From the NCBI GenBank assembly GCA_046329875.1, contig JAXLTT010000001.1, positions 205,619 through 269,618 of the forward strand: 64,000 bases of DNA, given 5' to 3'. Below are positions 46,813-55,324 of this stretch, piece by piece (positions within the stretch are counted from its first letter, which is position 1; each line of letters opens with the position of its first letter). Both the position numbers and the translations under genes were made by a program. The notes below the pieces were generated by a model that worked only from the letters and a program-made list of their open reading frames with translations, had not been told where the DNA came from and did no database searches. Origin of the DNA: Bacteroidales bacterium (lineage in GTDB: Bacteria; Bacteroidota; Bacteroidia; Bacteroidales; VadinHA17).

Positions 46813-48288
46813 TTATAAAGTCCATCCTTTCCTGTATTCATAATGGAACAGGTTGTCTGCCTCAGGGGCATTTTTTATCTTCATATTCGCAGCGTCATAT
46901 TCCAGGGTCTTGTCATTGCCCTGAAGCTTCACTGCAATATTTGTAAGCAACATTGTCTCTGCAACTTTGGCAGATATAGAGAAGTCATTATGAGACTTCT
47001 TACCGGCTTTTATTGCATCAATCCAGTCCTTATAGTTATTTTCGGTCCGCTCAATCCATTTAGAAGGGGCCTTAAATCCTGAATCTGCAGGGACAAGTTC
47101 CGGCATAGCGCCATGGGTGTTGTGCATTATTATCCCTTTATCTCCGATATAGGTAACTGCCTGCAGTGCTCTTTTATCTTCAAGTGCAGAAGGTCTGAAA
47201 GGTTTCATCCCTCCGTCAACCCAGGTCAGTTTGACCGGTGGCATATAACCAACGCCCTGGGTGAAGCGTTCCGGGAAATAATACTCGACAGTCTGGGCAA
47301 GAGGATAATAGTCGTCGGAATAAGCTGTAGAGGTAGCCTGAATTTTTCCTGGAAGACCCAGGTTAAGCGCCCACATTGCAGCGTCGAGTATGTGAGCTCC
47401 CATATCACCCATCAGACCTGTACCATAATCCCATAGTCCTCTCCATACAAAATGACATACTTCAGGATTAAAAGCCTTTTCCGGAGCCGGACCGAGCCAC
47501 AGATCCCAGTTAAGGTTTTTAGGAACCGTAACACCGGCCGGGCGTTTCAGGTATCCCTGTGGCCACATGGCAGGATCAGTATAGCAATGAACCTCCCGCA
47601 CATTACCGATTACGCCTGATTGTATCCATTCAACTGTGAGCCTGGTTCCTTCAAGGGCATGTCCCTGGTTACCCATCTGTGAAATAATATCATATTCCTT
47701 CGCAAGTTCTGCCAGTTTACGACACTCGTATACTGTCTTTGCAAGAGGCTTCTGAAGATAAACGTGTTTTTTCTGTCGTATAAATGCTGCAGCTATAGGT
47801 GCATGATTATGATCGGGAGTTGCGATAACTACACCGTCAATTAATTTTTCATTCTCAAGCATCACCCTCCAGTCCTCATACCTTTTTGCCTTAGGATATG
47901 CTGCGAAGACAGGTGATGCATAATCCTTGTCAACATCACACAAAGCATAGATATTTGCATGCTTGTATTCTTTTGGGAGGCCGAGTCTCGCAGCTTCCAT
48001 TTTCTCCCATATGGGTGCCATTGAAACATATTCCTGTGCTGATTTTGGAAGTGTAGCCAGGAACTCGTGGCTCAGGGGCTTCATAGGGACATCGGGTGTT
48101 GCAATCTGCGCAATGTCACTGCGTCCCTGGTTTGATATACCAATACAGGCAATATTAGGCAGGTCACTTGGCAATGTTTTCCCTTTCCCGGGAATTACGC
48201 TTGAAGGTACAATGCTGAAAGCGGCTATTGCAGTACCTGTGGTACCTATGAACTTCCGCCTGGAAAATTGCTTTTGATTTTGTGTCAT
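46813..48288 (-). CDS. Tat-exported Gfo/Idh/MocA family oxidoreductase
   Basis: 491 aa with SRRKFIG, a Rossmann N-terminal domain (IACIGISNQG) and typical Gfo/Idh/MocA architecture. Confidence 0.85.
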   Translation of the reverse strand: MTQNQKQFSRRKFIGTTGTAIAAFSIVPSSVIPGKGKTLPSDLPNIACIGISNQGRSDIAQIATPDVPMKPLSHEFLATLPKSAQEYVSMAPIWEKMEAARLGLPKEYKHANIYALCDVDKDYASPVFAAYPKAKRYEDWRVMLENEKLIDGVVIATPDHNHAPIAAAFIRQKKHVYLQKPLAKTVYECRKLAELAKEYDIISQMGNQGHALEGTRLTVEWIQSGVIGNVREVHCYTDPAMWPQGYLKRPAGVTVPKNLNWDLWLGPAPEKAFNPEVCHFVWRGLWDYGTGLMGDMGAHILDAAMWALNLGLPGKIQATSTAYSDDYYPLAQTVEYYFPERFTQGVGYMPPVKLTWVDGGMKPFRPSALEDKRALQAVTYIGDKGIIMHNTHGAMPELVPADSGFKAPSKWIERTENNYKDWIDAIKAGKKSHNDFSISAKVAETMLLTNIAVKLQGNDKTLEYDAANMKIKNAPEADNLFHYEYRKGWTL

Positions 48289-48423
48289 TTCGATTTAATT
48301 AAGGGGTGAATCAGGTTGGTTTTTAAGGTCGGATAGATATTAAGTTTAAAGTCGATGCCAGTAAGCAGACTTATAAATTTAAACAAATTAAGTCATCAGT
48401 CACAGGTGAAAGAAAAGTCTTTT

Positions 48424-48431
48424 TAACTTTG
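48424..48431 (+). promoter_or_regulatory. Putative -7 promoter box (TAnnTTTG)
   Basis: TAACTTTG lies 20 nt upstream of the ATG at 48451. Confidence 0.4.
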
Positions 48432-48450
48432 GTAGACAAATCCTGACAAT

Positions 48451-49005
48451 ATGAAAAAAGCAATCATTACCCTTTTCCTTACCGGAATTATTTCGGTCAA
48501 CCTTTTGTCACAGGGTATCCCTGCCGGGGATAATGCCTTACTTGATAATCTTGTAAAATCGCGTTTCTCTATTAAGAAAGAGCTAATAAGCTCCGACACG
48601 CTGAAGAAGGTAATTACAGGGAACCTATACCTGGTTAAGGCAGAATATGCGGATCAAAACTCGACAGGAGCGTTGTTTGAAAACAGGTTTGTAATTAAGG
48701 ATGGAAAGTTACTTGAGCCTGAAGACCTTAGCACAGACAAGAAACTCGAGGTTTTGTTTTCAGTTGTTAAGAAGGAATTCACAATAAAGACTGAGACCGA
48801 TGCAAAGATCTTTGAAAAAGTAATTGATGCATTTTATCCACTTGGCTGGAGCAATGAAAAATACAGGCAGCATCTCAAAAAAGATGGCAAGTGGTATTTT
48901 GTACGCGGTGAATTCTTCGATAACAAGGAAGCTGTGATTGTCACACTCGACGCAACCCAGAGAATTACTGACATCAGCTTCTCACTCGAAGCTATCAAAA
49001 AGTAA
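48451..49005 (+). CDS. Hypothetical secreted protein
   Basis: 184 aa with a signal peptide. No family assigned. Confidence 0.6.
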   Translation: MKKAIITLFLTGIISVNLLSQGIPAGDNALLDNLVKSRFSIKKELISSDTLKKVITGNLYLVKAEYADQNSTGALFENRFVIKDGKLLEPEDLSTDKKLEVLFSVVKKEFTIKTETDAKIFEKVIDAFYPLGWSNEKYRQHLKKDGKWYFVRGEFFDNKEAVIVTLDATQRITDISFSLEAIKK

Positions 49006-49026
49006 GAGTAGAACTGAAGATTCTTC

Positions 49027-49875
49027 TTACCTGCAGGCAGACACTCCCTTGAAGTAGCCTATTGATTCTGCTATACCGGCAAGCGGATCGTCCATATCCT
49101 TCTCGAATTCAAGGCTGCACATACCTGCGTAACCTACCTTTTTAAGGGCTGAAACAAAAGCAGGAATATCAATTATCCCTCTTCCCATTTCTATTGTCTT
49201 ACCTTCTTTAGCAGCAGCAGTAACATCTTTAATATGAACATCGTATATCCTTGGATAGTATTTCATAAAGTCCGCAACAGGGTCGTGACCGGCACGGGTT
49301 GTATGACCGATATCCATACATATGCCAATACCCTTATCAAGATCTTTTATCTTTTCCCAGATATCTGTTGCTGTAATAAAAGCCTGGTTGTCGGGCCCGT
49401 GATTATGAATCGCTACCCTGATACCGGTTTCCTTAACTTTCTTTTCAACAATCGGGAGAAGCTCAGGGGATGGCGAGCCGACAATCATACCTATTCCTGC
49501 AGTCTTAACGTAATTAAAGGCCCTGAGTACCTCTGATTCCTTAGACATTGTTATAACTCCTGCCGCGTAAACATTAATCCCGGCCTGCCTGAAACTGCCC
49601 ATTACATTTTTGATTGTTTCTTCATCACTGTCGAGTGACAGGAAATTGTCTTTAAGTGACATGTTTTTAACATTCACCCTGTTCATGATCTCTATGGCCT
49701 TATCGAAAGTCAGCTTAAAGAAAGAATATCCGGCCATGCCTATATTATATTGCTGTTTCTCTTCATTGCTTTTTTCACTGTTCCGGCTGCATGCCATCTG
49801 AAATGGCAAAGAAGAAGCCCCGGCAGCAACAGCCCCTGCTCCTGCCAGTTTAAGAAAATCACGCCTGTTTTTCAT
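49027..49875 (-). CDS. Tat-exported sugar phosphate isomerase/epimerase (xylose-isomerase-like TIM barrel)
   Basis: 282 aa with NRRDFLKLAGAG, a lipobox-like MACS, and a TIM-barrel body. Confidence 0.82.
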   Translation of the reverse strand: MKNRRDFLKLAGAGAVAAGASSLPFQMACSRNSEKSNEEKQQYNIGMAGYSFFKLTFDKAIEIMNRVNVKNMSLKDNFLSLDSDEETIKNVMGSFRQAGINVYAAGVITMSKESEVLRAFNYVKTAGIGMIVGSPSPELLPIVEKKVKETGIRVAIHNHGPDNQAFITATDIWEKIKDLDKGIGICMDIGHTTRAGHDPVADFMKYYPRIYDVHIKDVTAAAKEGKTIEMGRGIIDIPAFVSALKKVGYAGMCSLEFEKDMDDPLAGIAESIGYFKGVSACR

Positions 49876-49942
49876 ATTTCGCTAATATTCTGTTCAAACA
49901 CTCTGTTATCTTTCAGCTCAACCATGAATAAGGAAATTCGAA

Positions 49943-49984
49943 CCTTTCGCCTTCTGCCTTCCGCCTTCCGCCTTCTACCTTACT
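49943..49984. repeat. Solo heptamer array (CCTTYYG-like, 6 units)
   Basis: CCTTTCG CCTTCTG CCTTCCG CCTTCCG CCTTCTA CCTTACT. It overlaps the stop codon of the 49980-51905 gene. Confidence 0.8.
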
Positions 49985-51905
49985 TTACAACCAGCTTGTT
50001 ATCTATCAGCCTTTCATTATAGGTCTGCATAACGGCTTTGAGTTTCTGTTCCATTTTTGCCTGCAGCTCAGGTACCTTTCCGATAAGGTTATTTGTAAGG
50101 AACCTGTCCTTCTTCAGGTTGAAAATAGCAAGGGATTTGTTATCCATCACTTCGAGAATGTGATCTTCCATAAACAGGTAATAGTTGCTCCCGAAGGTAT
50201 TGAAACCGAATGTTTCCTTTGACTCATCAAGGAGGTTGTTTCCGAAAGCGATGAATTCACCATCCCAGTTGAGATAGCTTAAAACAGTAGGCATTATATC
50301 TATCTGCTGGGCAATTTTTTTGCTGTAGCCTTTCAGATCGCTGTTGTGCTGGTAAAAAAGGATAGGTATGCTGAATTGTCCGTATGCGTTCTGGAATTCC
50401 CTGTGGAACTTCTCGTTTGTATGATCGGCCGTGATTACAAAAAGTGTGCTGTCAAACCATGGCATCTTCTGAGCCTCTTTAAAGAATTCCATGAGTGCAT
50501 GATCGCTGTATGCAATTGTCTGGCAGATAGGGATTGGTCCCTTGGGGAACTTTCCTTCATACTGTGCCGGTACCTTGAATGGATGATGTGATGAAAGGGT
50601 GAAAACTGAGGCCATGAATGGTCTCGGGAATTCATTCAGCTTCTTTGCGAAGAACTGCAGGAATGGCTCGTCCCATAAGCCCCATACCCCGTCAAAATCA
50701 TTTCCATCGGGGTATTCGTCCTTCCCGATATAGCTGTCAAAACCGGCCATTTTCGAAAATGAATCGAAGCCCATTGAACCATTTGGCGCACCATGAAAGA
50801 AAGCTGAATAATAGCCTTTCCTTTTCAAAAGTGCAGGGAGACCGTTTATTTCATCATTTGCATAATGTGAGATTATATACGGTGTTTCGAGAGATGGCAT
50901 TGATGCAAGAATGGAGGGCATTGCATCAATCGATTTGTTACCGTTTGCAAGGCTTATATCGAAGGTTAGTCCCTCGGCAAACAGTGAATCAAGGAAAGGT
51001 GTGTAGCCCTTGTAAGTGCCATTATCAAGATCCTTATTGAAAAACCCAGTGTACTCTTTTGAAAAACTCTCAAGAATAAGCACCACAACATTCAGTTTCT
51101 TGAACAGCTTTTCGGGCTTATATGAATAATGCGGGTCATAAATTTCCCTTAGTTGGCTGTCATCGAAATAATTGTATTTGACCAGGTTCTTCTTTCCCCA
51201 GGTACGCAGAATACTGAAAGGAGTGTTCAGCACTATCGGTACATATCTCGGGTTGTCGACATACCTTGCTGCATTGCTTATAGTTATGGGTCTCGTAGAG
51301 TGCCTGTAACCACCCCTTGCTGCCCCTATACAGAGGAAGAGGATAAGCGGCAGAAAGAGGAAATTCACACCAAAATACCCAATACGTTTACTTACAACAG
51401 GCTTAACAGGTTTAATCCTGTTATATAAAACAACCATAAGTACAATAAGAAACAGGGTTATAAGTGTTGCAGGCCAGTAATCTATAAGAAAGCGGAAAAA
51501 CAGTTTGCCGTTATTCTCCTCGTTGGCGAAGGTTCCGAAAACATCTGATGTTGCCCTTTTTGTAAGGAACCTGAAGTATACATAATCGGCACCGTTCATA
51601 CATATCATAATACCTGTGAAGATGAAATATATATACTTCATAATCCCCTCGTATATCCGAGAATACCGGAAGTCAAAAGGAAGTAATTCAAGTATTATAA
51701 AGAGTGAATTGAAATAAACAACTGCTGCAAGGTCAAATACAATTCCTCCTCTTAAGGCATGCAAGAGCTGGACAAACCTGATGTCGGGAAACATCATGTG
51801 ATTGAACAGATAAAACCCGATACGCGAGAGAGTGAGAAGAAACAGTGCCAGCAGCACCCTGTAAATGAATACTATAATAATATTCCTTGAAAAAAGCCAT
51901 TTCAT
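49980..51905 (-). CDS. LTA synthase / sulfatase-family membrane protein (phosphoglycerol-transferase-like)
   Basis: 641 aa with five or so N-terminal TM helices and an alkaline-phosphatase-superfamily domain. Confidence 0.82.
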   Translation of the reverse strand: MKWLFSRNIIIVFIYRVLLALFLLTLSRIGFYLFNHMMFPDIRFVQLLHALRGGIVFDLAAVVYFNSLFIILELLPFDFRYSRIYEGIMKYIYFIFTGIMICMNGADYVYFRFLTKRATSDVFGTFANEENNGKLFFRFLIDYWPATLITLFLIVLMVVLYNRIKPVKPVVSKRIGYFGVNFLFLPLILFLCIGAARGGYRHSTRPITISNAARYVDNPRYVPIVLNTPFSILRTWGKKNLVKYNYFDDSQLREIYDPHYSYKPEKLFKKLNVVVLILESFSKEYTGFFNKDLDNGTYKGYTPFLDSLFAEGLTFDISLANGNKSIDAMPSILASMPSLETPYIISHYANDEINGLPALLKRKGYYSAFFHGAPNGSMGFDSFSKMAGFDSYIGKDEYPDGNDFDGVWGLWDEPFLQFFAKKLNEFPRPFMASVFTLSSHHPFKVPAQYEGKFPKGPIPICQTIAYSDHALMEFFKEAQKMPWFDSTLFVITADHTNEKFHREFQNAYGQFSIPILFYQHNSDLKGYSKKIAQQIDIMPTVLSYLNWDGEFIAFGNNLLDESKETFGFNTFGSNYYLFMEDHILEVMDNKSLAIFNLKKDRFLTNNLIGKVPELQAKMEQKLKAVMQTYNERLIDNKLVVK

Positions 51906-52033
51906 GATCGTGAAGATAGCTTTTTTTGGCTACCTTTAAATAGACTGTGAAAGGATTTGTCGGTTCAGTTTGTTACAGAATCAATTATACAGCATTGTTA
52001 AATCACTGGTTGCCCGTTTTGCCATGTGACTGA

Positions 52034-52096
52034 CCAGGCGGAAGCATGGAAAAACCAGTGGTTTTTCCATGCAAGGTAAAAGTAAAAAGTAAAAAG
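52034..52096. repeat. 63-bp direct repeat, copy 1 (contains the 27-nt palindrome 52045-52071 and the purine heptamer arm)
   Basis: Identical to 52513-52575 except for one base at the palindrome centre (AGT versus ACT). Confidence 0.9.
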
Positions 52097-52103
52097 GAAA
52101 AAG
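52073..52103. repeat. Left arm of four-helix-bundle cassette 2 (purine-rich heptamers)
   Basis: AAGGTAAAAGTAAAAAGTAAAAAGGAAAAAG pairs at 26 of 31 positions with 52469-52499 by manual alignment. It ends 9 nt before the ATG. Confidence 0.85.
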
Positions 52104-52112
52104 TATTGAAAG

Positions 52113-52466
52113 ATGAAAGACAATGATCTTAAAGAGAGGCTTTTTCATTTTGCAACAGGAGTTTTAAAGTTGCTTGGAGAGATCAAAGGTGGCAAAGAAA
52201 TTGATGTGGTTAAATACCAATTATCAAAATCAGCCACATCTGCTGGTGCAAATTATGAAGAAGCTCAAGGTTCTGTGTCAAAAGCTGAATTCATCAGTAA
52301 AGTCAGCATATCGTTAAAGGAGATGAGGGAATCGCATTACTGGCTAAGAATCATAAAAGATTTGAACAAAACTGTGGAGAAAACTGAAAAGATGTTAAAC
52401 GAAAGTGAGGAATTAGGTAAAATATTAGCATCTATTTTAATAAAAGCACGATCAAACCCTTCCTGA
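52113..52466 (+). CDS. Four-helix-bundle protein (23S rRNA intervening-sequence protein / Avd-like family)
   Basis: 117 aa with QLSKSATSAGANYEEAQ...SKAEFISKVSISLKEMRESHYWLRII, typical of the family. Confidence 0.85.
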   Translation: MKDNDLKERLFHFATGVLKLLGEIKGGKEIDVVKYQLSKSATSAGANYEEAQGSVSKAEFISKVSISLKEMRESHYWLRIIKDLNKTVEKTEKMLNESEELGKILASILIKARSNPS

Positions 52467-52468
52467 CA

Positions 52469-52499
52469 CTTTTGCCTTTTACCTTTTACCTTTTACCTT
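52469..52499. repeat. Right arm of four-helix-bundle cassette 2 (CCTTTTA heptamers)
   Basis: CTTTTGCCTTTTACCTTTTACCTTTTACCTT starts 2 nt after the stop codon. Confidence 0.85.
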
Positions 52500-52512
52500 A
52501 CCACGAAGTGGT

Positions 52513-52575
52513 CCAGGCGGAAGCATGGAAAAACCACTGGTTTTTCCATGCAAGGTAAAAGTAAAAAGTAAAAAG
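52513..52575. repeat. 63-bp direct repeat, copy 2
   Basis: See copy 1. A third, degenerate copy lacking the palindrome lies at about 52623-52682. Confidence 0.9.
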
Positions 52576-52593
52576 AGGGCCGAGCGTTAATAA

Positions 52594-52613
52594 ACAGCCC
52601 GATGGGCTGTTTT
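52594..52613 (+). terminator. Putative intrinsic terminator after cassette 2
   Basis: ACAGCCC-gat-GGGCTGT followed by TTT. Confidence 0.55.
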
Positions 52614-52710
52614 AGTGAGGAGCCAGGCTGCAGGGAGGGCCAGAGCAAGGTAAAAGTTAAAAGGTTAATGTAAAAAGTAAGGAACTTATTACTTACTTTT
52701 AGGCACTGGA

Positions 52711-54045
52711 ATGAAAAAGATACTTATTACGGCACTCCTTGTACTTGCTGCAACCTGCGGCTGTAAAAAATACTATCCGACAAACCTCAATTATCCTGTC
52801 CCCGACTGGACTGAAGCGACTCACAGTAATTCAGTGGATCCAAACTACGACGTTGTTTTTGAGGAAGGTGTTGTTCACCGGGTTGACATGAAAATATCCC
52901 AGGCCGACTGGACAACAATGCAGAATGATCTTAAGGCAAATATAAAACCCGGACAGCCGATCAGTGAAAGCTGGGATCCGGTGACAGTACCATGCTCTTT
53001 TTTTTACAACGGTAAGGAATGGTACAAAGTGGGTGTCAGGTACAAGGGGAACTCAAGCCTTAAAGTATGCGTTTCAGGTAATATTAAGAAATACTCATTT
53101 AAGCTGGAGTTTGATCACTTTGAGGATCAGTGGGCATCAATTAAAAACCAGCGCTTCTACGGTTTTAAAGAACTGAACCTTACAAACGGTTTCAGTGATA
53201 ACAGCCTTATGAGAGAAAAGACAGGCGCAGATCTTTTCAGGGAATTCGGAGTAAAAGCACCAAGAGCAGTATTCTGCGAAGTATGGGTTGACTGTGGTAC
53301 TGGTCCATCCTATTTCGGCCTGTATACACTCGAAGAGATTGTCGAAGATGCGGTTATCAAAACCCAGTTCACCGATGGCGGAAATCTATATAAACCTGAA
53401 GGGCTTGCTGCTTCATTCGCGAACGGGACTTTTAATACGAGCCAGTTGTACAAACAGACAAACGATGACGGGGACTATTCTGATATAAGGAACCTGTACG
53501 ATATAATCAACAGCGGTGCAAGAGTCACAAACTACAGCAACTGGAAAACTGCACTTGAAAACAGTTTCAATGTGAATGCATTTCTTAAATGGCTGGCTGC
53601 CAATACTGTTATGCAAAACTGGGATACCTATGGTAAACAAACGCATAATTACTACCTGTATAATAACCCGGCAGATTCAAAGCTTACCTGGATACCATGG
53701 GATAACAATGAATGCCTGTCCACAGGAAAAAACGGAGGAGCTCTTGGTCTCTCGCTTGATATGGTCGGACCTGGCTGGCCGCTTATAAGATATATACTCG
53801 ACGATCCTGACTATTATTCTGCTTACAAAACTTATGTTTCCCAGTTTGCTACTACAGTATTTTCAATAGCTTCATTCCAGGCAAGGGTTGAGGCCCAGGC
53901 CGACCTAATCCGCTCAAAAGTAAATGCTGAAATTACCGGATATACCTTTCTTAAGACAAAGGATGATTTTGCTATTGCAACAGACCAGCTTAAACAGCAT
54001 GTTCAGAACAGAGCAGATTCTGTGTTTACTTTCTTGGCAAAATGA
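52711..54045 (+). CDS. CotH kinase family lipoprotein
   Basis: 444 aa with a lipoprotein signal (LAATCGC) and a CotH-like core (YHNYYLYNNP, WIPWDNN). Confidence 0.8.
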   Translation: MKKILITALLVLAATCGCKKYYPTNLNYPVPDWTEATHSNSVDPNYDVVFEEGVVHRVDMKISQADWTTMQNDLKANIKPGQPISESWDPVTVPCSFFYNGKEWYKVGVRYKGNSSLKVCVSGNIKKYSFKLEFDHFEDQWASIKNQRFYGFKELNLTNGFSDNSLMREKTGADLFREFGVKAPRAVFCEVWVDCGTGPSYFGLYTLEEIVEDAVIKTQFTDGGNLYKPEGLAASFANGTFNTSQLYKQTNDDGDYSDIRNLYDIINSGARVTNYSNWKTALENSFNVNAFLKWLAANTVMQNWDTYGKQTHNYYLYNNPADSKLTWIPWDNNECLSTGKNGGALGLSLDMVGPGWPLIRYILDDPDYYSAYKTYVSQFATTVFSIASFQARVEAQADLIRSKVNAEITGYTFLKTKDDFAIATDQLKQHVQNRADSVFTFLAK

Positions 54046-54443
54046 ACTACATTTGCACAATGCAGGCAGGCAGAAAATATATAAGGTCATTCAGTATACC
54101 AGCAATTCTTATTGTACTTTCACTGGCTTTCGCACTTCTTGCAAAGCCTGCCGAAAGAAGCAAGTCTGCTTTACCGGCTGCGACTGAAACCCGCCTTTCT
54201 GCCGAAAGCCCGGGTTTACTCGCCCCTGTTACAAGCTGCATAATATCGTCAACCGAGATTAATGGAAAAGATAGCTTTGGATTATTTCCTGTACACATAG
54301 CTGTGATCCATCATGAAAGGATTGTCGTTTTAAAAACACTTTTGCTTGAAAAAAACTACAGGGAGAAAGTAAAGGGCCTGCAACCAGGGCTGTTAAGAAC
54401 TATCCGTCTTTTGAATTCCGACGACCTGCCTGATTTAAGTTAA
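54042..54443 (+). CDS. Hypothetical membrane-anchored protein
   Basis: 133 aa. Its start overlaps the CotH stop (ATGA). One hydrophobic helix, and no family assigned. Confidence 0.4.
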   Translation: MNYICTMQAGRKYIRSFSIPAILIVLSLAFALLAKPAERSKSALPAATETRLSAESPGLLAPVTSCIISSTEINGKDSFGLFPVHIAVIHHERIVVLKTLLLEKNYREKVKGLQPGLLRTIRLLNSDDLPDLS

Positions 54444-54496
54444 TACTTCCGGCGCCTGCAAACAGGCAAAACAGTATTAACTTAATAATCAATAAT

Positions 54497-55111
54497 ATGA
54501 AAACAATATTCAGATCTTTATTTTTACTATTAATCATAACTGTATTAGTATCATCCACCACTGGCAGCGGGGTAATCAGGTTAAAGGCATCAGGAAGCAA
54601 TCTGACCGAACAAAGCCTCCAGAAATCCACAGCTATAGTGCTTAAAAGGCTGCACTATGTAAATATTGAAGCAAAAGCCGCAGCTGACATAGCTTCAGGC
54701 CAGATTACAATAGAATACGAGGGAACAATGGATTTTAAGAGTATTGATAAGCTTCTTACCTCCCGTGGTGATTTTGGTTTCTTCGCTGAGAAAAACGGCA
54801 GGGATCAAAGGTTTCTTGGTAAGGAAGACATACAGTCCGCAACTTCGAAAACTGAGAAATCAGGAAACTCCAGCATTCTCATAACATTCACAAAAGACTC
54901 CGCTCCGAAATGGGCAAGTGCCACAAAAGAAAACATAGGGAAGTCAATAAAGATTATGCTTGACGGAAAGGTTTACTATGATCCTGTTGTAAGACAGCCT
55001 ATAGAAAACGGGCAGTGTGAAATGACAGGTAATTTCTCACGCGAGGAAGCTGATATTTTCCTTGCCCTTCTTAATACTGAAACACTTCCAGTGAATCTTA
55101 CATTAAAGTAA
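54497..55111 (+). CDS. Hypothetical secreted protein
   Basis: 204 aa with a signal peptide. No family assigned. Confidence 0.6.
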   Translation: MKTIFRSLFLLLIITVLVSSTTGSGVIRLKASGSNLTEQSLQKSTAIVLKRLHYVNIEAKAAADIASGQITIEYEGTMDFKSIDKLLTSRGDFGFFAEKNGRDQRFLGKEDIQSATSKTEKSGNSSILITFTKDSAPKWASATKENIGKSIKIMLDGKVYYDPVVRQPIENGQCEMTGNFSREEADIFLALLNTETLPVNLTLK

Positions 55112-55324
55112 GCATGTGAGCAAAGGAGGTTGCTCAAAGGCAGTGATTTATAAAAGTTCTAATTTTAAAGCCTTGTGCAACCTCTCCTTATTCTTCGTTA
55201 TAATCCTACAAAATATTTAAACTTCGGACCATTATTTTGTTTGACCAGGATAACAATTGGCCGGGTTTTTGTTATAAAAATCCGGGATCTCAATAAACAC
55301 AAACCTGCTTAATCCCTTTTTACA

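Noticed and set aside
49931-49945. A GGTTCGAAT T-loop-like string on the minus strand as a possible tRNA
   Set aside because: No T-stem, acceptor stem or anticodon arm can be drawn around it.
52113-54045. A diversity-generating retroelement, considered because the four-helix-bundle protein resembles Avd
   Set aside because: There is no reverse transcriptase and I could find no template/variable repeat pair. The adjacent CotH gene shows no adenine-mutagenesis-type repeat.
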